Notes under the pieces: generated by a model | Told to the model about the DNA's origin: nothing | The model's input: the letters and a program-made list of their open reading frames with translations, nothing else | Database searches by the model: none | In this document: positions 1-14,926 of the stretch, one piece after another | Layout of the letters: the number at the start of each line of letters is the position of its first letter | How positions within the stretch are numbered: the stretch's first letter is position 1 | Position numbers and translations under genes: made by a program | Assembly: GCA_965644265.1 (NCBI GenBank) | Contig: OZ286477.1 | Coordinates: forward strand, 29,450,001 to 29,514,000 | DNA from: Glycera tridactyla | Taxonomy: Eukaryota | Reading direction: 5' to 3' | DNA length: 64,000 nucleotides

Positions 1-1570
1 GGCAGCATGGCTATCATGTTAGTGTGAATATATTGCTGAATTCCCGTGGTTTGTGACTTTACTGGTGTGTCAGCAGACTAACTCTAAACCTGAGAAATTC
101 AGTCTAGGAACTAGTCAAGTAGATATTTCATCGATTTTTTATCAGCATACTCTTGATGGTACCACTTCACTGTTTTTTGTGTTACAGAGGATTGAATCTC
201 TTCGATACAGTGTGAAGATCAGATCGTTTATCTGGTCAAGTAGATCTCCTTCAAAGTCTTCTTGAAAATATATCCTCGAGGCAGCAAGCTCCGGTTGTGA
301 ATGTTTGCTCTCACTCATCCTCAAGAGGTAAGACATCAGTGAGTTCCTTTGATTCCTCCTTCCAACGATAGTAAAAACAACCTCAGGCACGCTGCCTGAC
401 ACATTTTTCAAACAAATCATGCTATATTCGCAGCCATTTCTTTCTTAAATTGGAGTAGCTTACATACACATTTCCTCCAGAATGTTCTCAATTTGAGGAT
501 GATATTTTGTGATGAATTCTCTCATGCAGCACGAATGACTTTCATCAGAGATGGCTGTGCCAAAGGAGATACCTCATCAAAGATAGCTGCATCGACGTTG
601 GTAGAAATCCGGCAGCATCAAGCCGGTCATATTGAGGCAGCAGTCAAGTCAGTATTTCTCATACTGGCTCACAAGCGGTTGATGGTAAGGTATAAGATTC
701 ACAGTCACTTGCTAATGAAAGGAATATATTTTCATACGTTTCAAAATAGCAGTTAGATGTCGAAGATGTATGATCGATGTCTTCCTATCATTCAATGGTA
801 ACGTACAGAACACGAACTGTCTTTTTGAAAGTGATGGCTTGATTGAACAGAATAGTGAGTGTCAAACATATTCGGCTAGATGGTTCAGCAGGGTGGGGTG
901 AAGTTCTGGAAATGAAAGCTCACATATATTTCGCAAAACAGGAATGACCATAAACCCTACCAAAAGGGTGAATCCATGCCCCACCCAATCCTATCGGCAT
1001 AAGGAACAAGGAGTTATTTCTGCCCATACTCCAACTGCTAGGTCTCCAACAGATGATGAAATCAAAATCAGACTTACAGCGTGTCATTTAAAGTGCAGCA
1101 GGCAGGTGAAGAGTTGAGTTGGTGACAAGCTAATGTTGCTGAGGATGGGTTGATGATTCCTGAGGAATGGGCAAGTCTGTTTTGTGAAAGAATTTACAAC
1201 ATATCCCTAACAACAGCTGTGACATTTCGAAACACCCAAGTGAAGGATGTGTGAGCGATAATTCCATACTCCCTCTAGATCTTTGGTAAAATGTGGATTA
1301 GGAGTTGAAGCTCGATCATGTTTATATACTGGTACCAATGCAAATAGAATCAACATGCCTATACTGTTTGTGCACGCCTGTGTGCCTGTTAGTATGTGTG
1401 CATACATCATGCCTACCATGATTGCTGATAATTGCATGTGGTTTGATACATGAGCCAGCAAAGATAATTGATCACCTACTGCAAAGACGGATCATACCTC
1501 ACACATCCCAGCCTAGTGAGGTGTCACATTCACATTGAGGAGAAGTGGTAGACCCTCAACCTGATTGATT
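1..1570 (-). pseudogene. L: Viral L polymerase-like pseudogene, copy 1, N-terminal part (continues off the window to the left)
   Basis: Homologous to 9800-10530 and 19357-20195. Contains ORF fragments 142-420 and 1207-1461. Many stops; the putative start runs into the N gap. Confidence 0.55.
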
Positions 1571-1710
1571 GTCCTCTTCNNNNNNNNNNNNNNNNNNNNN
1601 NNNNNNNNNNNNNNNNNNNNNNNNNNNNNNNNNNNNNNNNNNNNNNNNNNNNNNNNNNNNNNNNNNNNNNNNNNNNNNNNNNNNNNNNNNNNNNNNNNNN
1701 NNNNNNNNNN

Positions 1711-2130
1711 NCAGAAACACAGACAGACAGAGAAAGAAGTTAGGGAGTGGGGGAGAGAGGTCAATAGTTGGCCTTCGGATAGATGGATGGATGGATGACT
1801 GGATGGATTGCTAGATGGATGAATGAATGGACGGTTGGATGGATTGATGGATGGATGAATCGGAGGATGGATGGATGGATAGATGTATGGATGGATGGAT
1901 TGATGAATGGATGGATAGATGGATTGATGAATGAAGTGATAGTGAATAGACAGAGAGTGATACACACTAGGAGGATCAGGCGGACTACCATAATCATATG
2001 GAAAATGGAAAATGGAAATGTTGAGGTTTTAGGTCCACTTTTTGCGGATAGACAGAGAGACAGGCAGACAAACTGACAGACACACAAACACAGATGTTGA
2101 AGAAGAGTGGTTGAAAGGTAGGGTATCACA
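1711..2130. repeat. (GGAT)n/(GACA)n microsatellite-rich host-like spacer with a SINE tail
   Basis: Simple repeats plus ggaaatgttgaggttttaggtccacttt (SINE 3' end, ~2015-2045). Homologous spacers at ~10530-11040 and ~20200-20600. Confidence 0.75.
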
Positions 2131-2139
2131 TAATCGACT

Positions 2140-5100
2140 CTACATAGAAATGTCTGTTTTGTGCAAAGTACAGATCCTACCGATCCATGAAGATCTGGGA
2201 GCCCTGCTTTGAATAATTGACAATGCTACACAGTTGATAAGCAGCATGACAGCACTTGCCAGGCTCCCACCACTACTCCAATATCTGCTTAAGTGGGGTA
2301 TAAATGTGTGAAGGTACAACAATACGAGGACATCAAGTCGTATATACTGCTTTCATTGCGTTCCTACATAGTTTGTGGTCCCTTTTTCGCTCTCAATAAT
2401 ACATGACAATCACAGTTATGTGATCGCAATGGAACTAACAGAATGGCTTTTTTTTCATAATATAGCAAGAGAGACTGCATTCTAACCTTAGCCCAATCCG
2501 GCCTTCGATGTCGCTATGGGATGGACATATCTACCATTAATTATGATGCTTAGTTATTGGATATAGTCAGACCTGTGCGAGAGACTGTGTCATCCAATGA
2601 TCACTCACCTACAAAAGTCATTCTAAGCAGTAACCAGGATAATACTGCTGTAGAAAGGTCAATCTGCTACAGAGGCCCATTCTGGTGTGCCTAAGGATGG
2701 TCCTTGGACACAGTTTCAACTGTAGTTTCGTTGAATATAAGCATGAACAGTTTGTGGCATATTATACCTGAGATACAGAGGAATGGGTACAATCATCGGG
2801 AGGTTATGTTTGAGGACAAATGATGTATTTGAGGATCTGCTTCAGATCACTGAGAAATACACAAATTTAGACAATGATAACTGCACCCAGTCTGAAATTG
2901 AAGTTGACATCCAGTCATCATGTTGCTTCAATAAATCAATGAATATAATCGATACAAGCTATTGGCTGTTCAAAACTTTCCCTGTCAGTTACTGGAGATA
3001 CTGTTGTTATTACCTGATCAAACTTTCCTCATCTATCCGTCCTTGTATGTACTATTATTTGTTTCACCATGCCATGTTATATTGTATGGCTCATCTGTTT
3101 TGTTTCACGTTGACTCAAAGAGGAACTCCCCTCAGAGAATATCAATAATCTTTTCTGACTTCAAACTTGAAACCTTCGAATGGTATTTCATATCATCTTG
3201 ACGTGATGGAGATAATGAAATATGACAACTGACCTCATCCTTGATAGAGGTGAGGCAAACTTTACCCACCTGAAAGTAAATACACATTTCGAAATATTAG
3301 CTTGTCGAGATATCGTTGAAAGCTCCGATATATATCGTCCTCGAATACCATAATAGATGATGTCATGCATGGCTTGTTCAAATGCGGAAGAGCAAGATTT
3401 CACAGGGGGACACACAGGTTTCAAATAAGGAATCTTCTCTTCATGATTTGACGATTGATCACTATCACAATGCTGGTAAATATATGCATTTTCTCTTTTA
3501 CATTACATGTTCACATTTTTCAAAATACCAATGCAAGATTGGTCGAAATGTTCATATGATATCCACCTTTGGGTGTAGTATTCACTGTGTATCTCATGTA
3601 TTACTCGGGGTGAGGTATATATCTTGGGTTGTAGGTGGGAGTAAATATTGTTGTTCATATAATATCCACCTTGGGTTGTAATATTGATTGTGTTTTTCAA
3701 TTATTACTTAGGGTAAGGTATATATTTTGGGTTGTAGGTGGGAGTAAATAATGTTGTTCATATAATATTCACTTTGGGGTGTAGTATCAATTGAATTTTT
3801 CATGTATAACTCAGGGTGAGGTATACATCTTTGGTTGTAGGTGGAAGTAAATATTGTTGTTTGCCAGTGAGGTAACATTGTAAGTGGTCAAGATTGCATG
3901 ACTATCTATATGCAATTGGGTGATAAAATGAACGATAGTGACCACAACCCTGCGGTGTATACACATGAAGCTCTTGGGAATAACACAACATGTTCGAGGC
4001 ACCTGTAAACCATCGAATATTTCATATCCATTTAAACACGATCCTCAATGGAACCAGGTCTTTGTCTGATGCACGACCTTATTCACTTGGAGGCAATATT
4101 GATGTATTAAATCGGGGTGTCCTTGCAAATATTCTCTTTTTAGCATTGCATATGTGCATCTAATGCTTGGCAGGCGAGTACCATACTCCAACAATTCGAA
4201 ACTTCACCTGCTTTCAGAAGAAGAATGGGGACGACCTTGCCTGAAAACACTCAAGATGCGACAGATCTATACATAAATTGGAGTTATTTAATGATTCATT
4301 TAAATTATCGATTTCCTTTCAGCTAAGCACATTGTGTGTATGTGTAAATCTTGTGCCTTGTTCAAGGTCACTTGTCACAACTGCTGTGTCATATAGATTC
4401 GAGCAAAATAATGGATACAGAGGCTTGTTTCCACACTCATATCTTCATATCTGAAAAGTTCTATCAGGGAGGAGGGAGCAAGTGATATGGTATACGAGAA
4501 TGTTAGCACAATCCACGGCCATCCTCCAGATGTGATATACTGATTCATTCCTGGTGGATGATTAGATGATGCCAACTACCTGCATATAAATTTTACATGG
4601 CAATACCTCTCAGATTAATCCCCTTGATAGTTCTGGATGATGAAATTTGAGAGAAGCAGCAGATGGATTTGACACCAGGAAGAAGTGCAATCATGATTAT
4701 AGTTTGGAGGTGAAGTCCTGTCTGGTAGCGAGCAGTCAACCTTTTTTGTCTATCTCCCAACAATTCTGGATCCTTTCCTCAATGATGTGAAAAGCTGTTC
4801 TGAATAGAACGGTATTGAATGTACCTAATCTACTTACTATCCTGTGTTTGGATATACGTCGAAATCATCATCATTACTAGCATTATCATCAGGATGTCGG
4901 AGAGAGTAACATTGTAGACACAGCAAACGTTTCGATTATATAAGTCTGGACAAAGCTAGATCTCAACTTCGAGTGACAGCCTCAATTTGAACAAGCTGTT
5001 GTTGAGTAAAGATTCCTGTTGAGGAAAATGAAGGTGATGATGGAGGCGCTGATGATAGTGGCAATGCTGATTATGATAATGAATGAGATCTTTTATGTGC

Positions 5101-5250
5101 GATGGCCACCCGTGATGTATTTGGCTGTAGTGCAATGTTACACTGGTACACATGTCATCAGCAGAAGCCACACAATGGCCTGCACAACGACAAATGCTAC
5201 TAATCAAACACAGTGGTGGCCTGGTGTAGCATCAGCCAGTGTGTTGAGTG
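2140..5250 (-). pseudogene. Non-L degraded coding region of the unit, copy 1 (glycoprotein-like X1 ~5200-2940, X2 remnant ~2900-2140)
   Basis: Minus-strand hydrophobic run ISFIIIISIATIISASIITFIFLN at ~5020-5095, Cys-rich fragments downstream, and hydrophobic [19 protein letters not shown] in ORF 2140-2322. Product identity and strand are uncertain. Confidence 0.35.
3550..3862. repeat. 103-bp unit triplicated inside the viral-like unit
   Basis: atatccacc/atattcac starts at 3559, 3662 and 3765. Single copy at the homologous 23150-23260. Confidence 0.85.
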
Positions 5251-5259
5251 AGCCATGAC

Positions 5260-8200
5260 CCAGCTGATAAAACCACATAGTGAAGTCAGTATGCAGACCC
5301 TTTACTAATCCACCATTCTTCTTATATTCGATTCAGTATTGTCCCATGAGTTGGATGTGACATTTGCTTGACTGCATTCAATGTCTAAGAAGCTGCTCCG
5401 AAAGATACCTGTGATTCTGTGTACATAGAATCATGGTTTATTCTTGTGTTATGATTGTGGTCAACTATGTGGTAGCGGTTCGAACAGCATCATTTGAAGT
5501 TTCTGCTCGGGCCCTCAAATGTCAACAATTACGTGATGATGTGTATATGATGCCTTCTTTGTGTTGCAATCAAAACTATGAAGTGAATTGACCTGTCATA
5601 TTGTCCACAGTCTGGGGAAGATATAATTCACTGCATACAGGCCAGCTGTCTCTACACTTGTCTTGTTATCATCCATCCCATCTCATCAGATTTGCCTAAT
5701 CTGGTTGGTGGAATCACACAAAATGACGTCATAATTTCTGGAAGGCATAATTTATTGAAATGTGTCTTGTTATCCAATGTTTGGTTGGTTCTAGGTCAAC
5801 CTCATATCTGTGCCATGTGAGCTATATTCATGGAAGGAATCATTCAAGACTCCTGCTTCTGGATGTCTGATAGAGAGTGAGAGGATGAGATTCATGGATC
5901 TTGTTATCAGATCTGATAGATCGTTCATTGATGGTCTATACCCTCACCCTATCATGCACCATGCAGCGAATCATATTTGGTCACAAATGATTCAGAGAGG
6001 CGGATACTTCATCACTAACAGCAGCACGCCTGATGAATTTTGCCTGTTGGATTTCTGCAAATCATCCCCAATTCTGACTGACTGATAAATCCATCATGAT
6101 AATTGACATCGTTGGTTGGGGATGAGAAACCAGTCATTCGGCATTAAAGCCACCATCAAGATGGCTGGGGAGGAATAGAAAGGAGTGACAGTAGCTATGG
6201 TGATAATAATAGGAAGCTTAGACACATTACTGCAATTACATCGATTTGATGTATTATAGGGATAATCAGGAGAGCAATCATATGATTTGCATAATCTCCA
6301 ATTATTAGGATTTTGATAACGCATTGTGTTCATTCCAATAATTGTAGTTGGTATAATAGTCTGATATGCCTTATATTGGTTTATCGGTTTTGTGTTGTGT
6401 GTGAATGAAATATCACCCACTCACACTTGGTTAACTTTCTGGCCCTAAATCAACTTTGTAATCTGCCTGCATTGGATATCCGTACTGTCATGATGGTGCA
6501 AGTCTAATTGTTAATCTCAACTATGAATTTTCTGCGTAAATTGCCGATGTTGAACCTGTGAACATGAAATGGCTCTTTTCGAGCCTAATACTAGTTCACT
6601 TATCTGAATCCAATGAATAACTGTAACCTTCGCCCTGTGAGTTGTATTCATAGTTCCAGTTTAATGATCTGTTCTGAATGTATTACAACTGTTGAAGGGA
6701 GATAGATGTACGGTACGACACCTTCACGGGCAGTTTCTGTCAATGGAGCGAGGAACCTCTATGCCAGCCTCATGCTCCATAATTTCAATTTCGAGAACAA
6801 TTGATACAGACGCTCATGGGGTTACATTTTACTTGTGCTGCGTGCTGCGTGACTTGATGCAATTAAGATAATGAGGCAAAAGTAGACATTGGTTCGAACT
6901 GGCGTGATCCAATCACAGAGTAGAGCTCTTATCATGGCTGCATATACAATCCCATGTGATTGGGAGATATGGGGAACTGAAATGGAGGCGTTCAGTCAAG
7001 TCAAGAGACACACTAGCTTTTTCCAATCTAGTGCCAAGTCATGCATCGTATTTGTGATGAGTGTACAAGATGAAGGTTTCATAATGATAAACTATACTCG
7101 AATTGATGAGCAAAGATAGAAAAATCATTGAAAAACATCAAACTTCATGCAGTCTCAATACAGAAGTAACATATGCTGTCAGTGAATATGTTGGCTCCAT
7201 CACAAGTATTGTGATCAAAATCGAAATAAAAGCCCTACTGTGATGTGACTATATCCCAGGGACAGGTAGCGAGTAATTTTTTCTGATTTTTCCAAGCATG
7301 GGCAAATTCTTTTTGAACCTTCGACACTACAGCACTCAAATCACATAGAAGAGTGTGAGAAGTTGTATCGTTGGATCATCAAGACTCTGAAAGCATGAAC
7401 TTTCTGAATCTCCATTGCGAATAGTATATTTATGAATCACAGCAAGAAATACATGATGGATGAGTGGGTTATGAGATCTGTGAATAAGCTTATGTGCATA
7501 CTTCAGGCTCCATTCATAAGGGTTCGGGAAGAAAAACAAACCTTTTGATGCGAGCATATGAGTCTATGGTGGATGTGTGAGCTGTGTTGGAATGTTTCAT
7601 TTTGTAGGATGCATGATTGAGTTTGATCTTGGCAGAAAATTGATCAGTCAGGCTTAACACTTTCACCTCCCATGTCCATTGCCTTGGCGTCTCAAAAGAG
7701 CCCAGGTGGCCCTTGTACAGCATCAAACAACCAACCAGACATCATGTGTTGTTTGTCTGCTTTCACCTTGCTCGTGATTGAGAGCGGTTTTTCTGGATAA
7801 TCTCACACACAATTATAGGGGCCTTTCAATGTAGTCGTGCTGGTGCTCAAGACATTGAACGACCAGGCAAGCAAATCTATCATTCAATCCAATCGCATAT
7901 AGTTGATATGGATGGGAACTGTGATTGATAGATGAGAACAAAAACCATGTGTAGCAATTGGACGCAATTGTTGTTCTTTTTTGGCCAAATGTGCATTTGT
8001 CTCTGTACTCAATGATGCACGAAGATCTCGGGAATGAGAAATTGGTGGAGTGACATATCGCTGACAGGAACCCTTTTATAATACATGTGCATACGGCGTT
8101 TTTGTAATCTATGTCTAATTAAGACAAGCTCTTCTTTGGATTAGGCCTTGTTTCATGGTGAGTTGTGATGCCTTTTCTTTTCTCAAATCACTACCTTATA

Positions 8201-10530
8201 GACATGCTGACGGAGATAAAGAAACTGACAAGACATACAGCCAGTCTGGTGGGAAAAGGAATGTAACAGTCTTCTGTGTTTGCTTTCTTATTGTGATTGT
8301 GATCATCCTTCTTTCCACCCAAAAGCAGGCGACTGTCCTGGGAATTATCAAATAGTGAAGAGGGTCCTCCATGGAGAAGCATACAGATAAGGGGAGAGGA
8401 AGAGGGGAGGAGGGGAGTAAGATGAAGCAGAGAAAAGGAGGTACAATCAGTCAAATACAATGTAATGAGAAGAGGTGGGTGTGTCATATCATATTAATAC
8501 AATCTCACTTCAATATGATGGATACCCTTTGTCAGTGACTGTCTAATATGCAATGTGAGGGTAGCCTTTTCCGTGTCAGTAGCTATGCCAGTTGGTGTTG
8601 ATCATACAAGCAGACCAAGTATATGGTACACCGATACCTGACATTCCAATGCTACAAATAACTAATAAGTGTGAAAAAAAAGTGATCTGTCCACACTCAC
8701 GGAGATAGATACTTATCAGGATATGCCAATTAGCATTTAAATGATGTAAACCTTCCAGAGATGTGGCTCTATTCACAATTGGTAAAGATTGACAACTAAT
8801 CGAGAAAGATGAGTGGCATTAGTTGGAGGAAAATGGTTGATTCATTATGAATCCTTTTTTGTTGTCACAAGCTGTTGCCTCGCTAGACTTGTGCCATCAT
8901 GAACAGAAACCAATATTAGTAGCCATTTACTGGTCTTATTGGAAAGAACCCCACTACAAATCTCATAATTTGCCACACAAGAGAAGTTGGATTTCTTTTT
9001 CATTTTTCATCAGATATATCACCATTGCCATCCGCGGATGGATGTGAATTGAGAGATAATTAAAAGATGGCTGAAAACAAATCAATATTTTGTATTCAAG
9101 CAGCCATATTCACCGAGGCCTTGAGACAGCAAGGGGCATATAAAAACCTTCTTCACCTTAATGCATGAAGAAAACAGTGCATGCTGGGATCAGGGTTAGG
9201 GATTTGAATATTCCAGTGCAAAAATTTCACTCCTGTGAAGGATAGATGTAAATCAATTCTCGAATGAATGTCTTGAAATCCTGATTTATATGCTGAACAC
9301 ATTGGAAAATGTATCAGGGAATTCTCGAATACCTCAGTGAATGTATCCACACATTCCTTTCCGTTTTTTCGCATGGTTGATTTGATATCTTTGATCTCTC
9401 CTTGTCATCTAACAACTTGCTATCTTGGAAGTCATCTATAATGAATGATGCTGTGTGACGCTATTACATTTGCAGAGTCATGCTGGGCAGTTTTTATAAA
9501 TGATATATATGGTGGATATCGTTAATGCTAGACTCGTGTTGCAGGTGATTTCTTAGTCATGTGCTGAATAAGTACATACATGACCTCAAAGACGCATAGA
9601 GTCAGTACATGGCAAAGTCCCTCTTCCAGTAGGGACATTGAACTCAATCCGTTGGATAATCTGTTCGTTTTTTCACAGTAAATCTCCAACATTGCAAGGG
9701 GTAGATAATGTCATGGCTACAGTCATTTGGAACATTCCAGGCACAATTATCTTTTGCCATTTTTATTCTAATGGTAACTGTTTCAGCCAAAATCACGAGG
9801 CAGCATGGCTGTCAAGCCTATGATTTTGTCACTGTATGAATACATATTGCTAAATTCCCATGGTCTGTGACTGTACTGGTGTGTCAGCAGAATAACTCTG
9901 AACCTGAGACACTCAGTTTAGGAATCATTGAAATGATTTTTTTCATCTATTTATTATCAGTCACTCATGATGAAAAGGCCTCCATGATTTTTTTGTGGTG
10001 CAGAGGATGTATTCGTTCCCATACAAGGAAAGCAATGGATCGCATGTCTGGCCATTTAGATCTTCTTGAAAATATATCCTCGAGGCATCAAGCTTCGGCT
10101 GTGAATGTTTACTCTCAAACTTCCCCAAGAGGTAAGACATTAGTGAGTTGCTTTGATTCATCCTTTTCTCGATGATATAAACAAACTCAAACTCGCTGCA
10201 CTACACATTCTTCAGAGAAATCATGCTGTATTCGCAGCCCCATCTATTTAAAATTTGCTCAGTTCACATCCCCATTTTCTCCAGAATGTTCCCAAACTGA
10301 CGATGATGTTTTGAGGAGAGGATTCCTCATGCAGCATGAAGGAGCTTCATCAAAGATAAAGATACCTCATAAAAGATAGCTGCATATGCGATAATCAACG
10401 TCGGTAAAAATGGGATGGTTCATTGTTTTTTTGTCCCGGCAGCACCTGAGAGGTTATATTTAGACAGCTGACAAGTCAGTATTTCTCATAAAAATGGGAG
10501 ATGGAAAGGTATAAAATTCACAGCCACTTG
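5260..10530 (-). pseudogene. L: Viral L polymerase-like pseudogene, copy 2 (most complete: RdRp, cap region, methyltransferase)
   Basis: Co-linear motifs on the minus strand: ILNRWGC (~10245, GHP-like); KRDFAMY..SLR (~9610, premotif-A GRxFxxM-like); FTGVKFLHWNIQ (~9205-9240, motif A DxxKWN-like); DGNGDISD..KRNPT (~9000-9035, motif B-like); FMMAQ (~8890, motif C position, GDN not recoverable); CQSLPIVNRAT (~8780); GMSGIGVP (~8630); HQFLIPEIF (~8020); SLKYAHKLIHR (~7490, CSxxLAxxLR-like); MIG*GYRP, HPEAGVLNDSF and NYDVILCDS (5710-5960, MTase-like). Total span ~6 kb including the N-terminal part seen in other copies. Confidence 0.7.
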
Positions 10531-10626
10531 CTAATTAAAGAAAGGGAGTGGGAGTAGGAGAGAGAGAGAGGTCAATAATTGGCCTTCAGATAAATTGATG
10601 GATAGATGAATGGACAAATGGATGGA

Positions 10627-10811
10627 AAAAAACGGAAATGTTGATGTTTTAGGTCCACTTTCTGCACTTGAGTAGGCTAAATCAGACCACCTGCCAAGTA
10701 GGAGCGAAGATGAAGGGTGAAACATTCCTGCATGGTAGGACTGGGGATTGAACCCCAGACCCATTGCACGCCGGCCCAGCATGCTACCACTGAGCCACCA
10801 AGGCAGGCGGC
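10627..10811 (-). mobile_element. tRNA-derived SINE
   Basis: Reverse complement carries A-box TGGCTCAGTGG and B-box GGTTCAATCCC, followed by a non-tRNA body. Near-identical to 22322-22517. Confidence 0.8.
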
Positions 10812-11039
10812 AAATGGATAGGCGGATGACAAATGGATGGATGGATGAGTGATGGATGGATTGATGAAGGGATAGTGAATAGACAGAAAGTGATACACAC
10901 TAGTAGGATGAGGCAGACACACAGGCAGACATATAATCATATGGATAGACAGAGGGACCGACAGGCAAACTGACTAACTCAAAGACACACAAACACATGG
11001 GTTGAAGAAGAGTGGTGGAAAGGTAAGGTCTCACTCATT

Positions 11040-14000
11040 AGACTCTACATGGGAATGTCTCTTTTGTGAGAAGTGCAGAACAAATGGATTTATGACATGG
11101 TGCAGTTTCAAGCATGAACAGTTCGTGGCATATTGAACGTGAGATACAGAGAAATGAAAAACAACCATCGGGGAGGTTATGTTTGGGGACAAATGATGTA
11201 TTTGAGCATTTGTCTGTCAAAGTTTGTTGGCTGCAGATCACTGGAAAATATAAAGCTAAGACAATGAGAACTACACCAAGTCTTAAATTGTAGAAACTTT
11301 GAATCGTTGTTCAATTGTACAGATTGAGGAGCAAGATCATGGAAGAGAAATTTTCCATGAGAATTCAGCGTCACACAAATAGCATCATGAAAAATGACCA
11401 GCATGGGGGGGATTTCATTCCATAGAGAAAAAATCTGTGGTCAATTTTGATGCAGGAACTTGTTGTGGGTGTATTTATGTGTGGGTGGGTGTGAGATTGA
11501 AACAGAAGTACCTCAATGTGCTGAACAGCGAAACATAGTGGTTTGACAAAGTGCCTTCAGTCAAAATTGATGTTGATTGGGCAGGATTGGCCATGAGGGC
11601 TGAATGGATATTATCATCAAGATGAGTTGCCTAGCAACATTGCCTGTGAGTAGGGTATATCAGTACCGTCATGTTTGCTCACCATCTCCATTGACCATAC
11701 ACTCCTCAAATCTGAATATACCCAGTGGCAGACAAGTTTCTTTTCTGATTGAATGTTGGGATCGCCATACTTCTCAGTATTTCAAAAAGACAAGACATTC
11801 ATAATTCCTATCCAAACCTCGCATTTGATGTTCGATTGGTTGTGTGTTTTACATCTTGGTATCATGATCAGAAAAATGGTCAGTCTCATGGGATTTTCTG
11901 CAGCATCACATTGATAAGAGGTGTGATTAGATATGAAAAACTCTGATACAATATCGTATAATGATTACAAGAAGTGAATTTCACATCGATACAGCCTGTT
12001 CGAGGCTATGATCTGCAAAAATGGGCAGTGAATGGTTCGATTGTATGTATGAGCTTTTTCAGGTTCCGGTTTTGTGAAAATTTCAATTACCATGATGTTT
12101 ATATGCCGATCATGTACACAGTTAACTTAACATATCAGAAGTATCTTGTCAGCATTCCTAGGGACCACGACCATGACATATATTCATCATGTTGCTTCAA
12201 TGAAGCAGTGATTGGATTTGATACAAGCTTTTGGCTATTCAAAACTTTCCCTGTCAGTCAATGAATATACCGTTGTTATTGCCAGATCAGATTTTTCTCA
12301 TCTCTATGTCCTTGTATGTACTATTGTCTGTTTTACCATGTCATGTTATACTGTATCGGAGAGTTTAAATGAATATTTCAAATTTCAAACTTGAGATCTT
12401 TCATGTGTATTACATATTATCTCGAAGTAATGTAGATAATAAATGATGGCAACTGACCTCAACCTTGGCAGAGGTAAACAAATTTCACCCACCTAAACGT
12501 GAATACACATTACAATATATCAGCTTGTCATGAAATCGTTGAGAGCTCAGACATATCTCTTCTTCAAATAACATAAAAATCGAGATCATGCATGGCATGC
12601 TTATATGCGAGATTTCACATGGGGAATGGCGACTCTTTTTTTTCCTCCGTTTATGATTGATCACTATCACAGTGCTGACGTATTTTCTCTTTTACATTAC
12701 ATGTTGGCATATTCAAATATTAATCTAGGTTTGGTGCGAATGTTCCCATAATATCCACCCTAGGGTGCAGTATTGACAGGGTATTCCATGTATTACTTAG
12801 GGTGAGATACGAATACATCTTGGGCAAAATTGCATGACTATCTATATGCAATTGGGTGATAAAATGAACGATAGTCTATCTATATGCAATTTGGTAATAA
12901 AATGAACGATAGTGACCACAAGCCTGCGGTGTATACACATAAAAGCTCACGGGAATAACACAACATGTTCGGGGCACCTGTAGACCATAAATCACAATCC
13001 TCAACGGAACCAGGTCTATGTCTGGTGGACGACCTTATTCACTTGGAAGCAATATTAATGAATTAACCCGGGGGTGTCCTGGCAAATATTCTCTTTTTAG
13101 CTTGGCATTGCATATGTGCATCTAGTACCATACTCCAACAATGCGAAACTTTACCTGCTTTCAGAGGCAGAGTGGGGACGACCTTGCCTGAAAACACGTG
13201 AGATGCGACAGATCTATACATAAATTGGAGTTATTTAGTGATTCATCCAAATAATTGATTTTCTTTTAGCTAAGCCCAGTGTGTGTACGTGTATATCTTG
13301 TGCCTTGTTCATGGTCACTTGTCACAACTGCTGTGTCAAATAAATTCGAGCAAAATAACGAATACAGGGGCTTGTTTCCACAGTCATATCTTCAAATCTG
13401 AGAAGTTCTATCAGGGAGGAGGGAGCAAGTGATATGGTATACGAGAATGTTAGCACGATCCACGGCCAGCCTCCAGATGTGATATACTGATTCATTGCTG
13501 GTGGATAATTGGATTATGCCAACTACCTGGTGATAATCCATTCTGCATATAAATATTACATGAGAATACCTCTCAGCTCAATCCCTTTGATAGTTCTGGA
13601 TGATGAAATTTGAGTGAAGCAGCTTATGGATTTGGCACCAGGAAAAAGTGCAATGATGTCACAGACTATTATTTGAATGAGTAAGATGCTTTCATCTTTA
13701 GCTTATAGTTTGGAGGGGAAGCGCCGATCTATGCAAGTCCTGTCTGGTAGCGAACAGTCAACCTATCTTATTTTGATCTCCAAACAATTCTGGATCCTTT
13801 CCTCAATGATGTGGAAAGCTATTCTGCAGAGAACGGTATTGGATGTACCTAACTCACTCACCATCCTGTGTTTGGATATACTTCAAAATTATCTTCAATA
13901 CTATCATCATCAACAACGGTTTTGATTATATAAGTCTTAACAAAGTTACATCTCGAATGACAGCCTGAATTCGAACAAACTATTGTTGATGAAAATGAAG

Positions 14001-14210
14001 GCGATGACGGAGGTGTTGATGATGGTGGCAATGCTGATTATGATAAAAGATGAGATCTTTTATGTGCGAAGGCCACCCGTAATTAATTGGGTTGTAGTGC
14101 AATGTTACACTGGTACACATGTCATCAGCAGAAGCCACACAATGGCCTGCACAACGACAAGTGTTACTAATCAAACACAGCGGGGGCCTACTGTGGCATC
14201 AGCCAGTGTG
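11040..14210 (-). pseudogene. Non-L degraded coding region of the unit, copy 2
   Basis: Homologous to 2140-5250 and 20600-24590. Hydrophobic ISSFIIISIATIINTSVIAFIFIN (~13985-14055); VIVINHKRRKKK (hydrophobic then basic) at ~12635-12675. Confidence 0.35.
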
Positions 14211-14214
14211 TAAA

Positions 14215-14867
14215 TTGAGCCATAACCAAGCTCATAAAGCAACATGGTGGAGTCAGTATGCAGACCCTTCACTAATCCACCATTCTTCCCATATCCGATT
14301 TAGTATTGCCACAATACCTGCTATGTATCTTCTAGTACTCATAATAAATAAATCGATCATCATCAACAACTCAACCCGCTGAGAACAGATCATGCTGCTC
14401 TTGTGATTCAGGTATCGACAGCGTGAATAATCATTCGTGTTGATAAATTCTGATAAACTTGAGACAATCAATCATTTCCAGGTGCAGTTCTTTTCGAGGC
14501 AGCTCCCAATGTGTATGCACAGAACCAGAACCAACCAACCAAGTGTATGCACAGTGTTCAGATTATTGATTGTCTCTATATAACTGTGTTCATATATCAG
14601 CCAAATGGTCAATATTTTGATCAATCACCTGCTAGGCTCATTTTCACAGTGATGCCTGGGCCCCAAACCAGTTCTTTTGCAAATCAACATTTCCAGAATT
14701 TACACTAGACACTAACGTAATGAAACTGCTTCACGAGAGCCCTGTGTTTCTGTGTATATATAATCACGGTTTTTTTTGCCAAGATTGTAGTCAGCTATAG
14801 TAGCTATTTGAGCACCATCGTTTTAAAGTTCTGCCCAGGCCCTCACATCACCACCCTTACGTGATGA

Positions 14868-14926
<59 letters not shown>

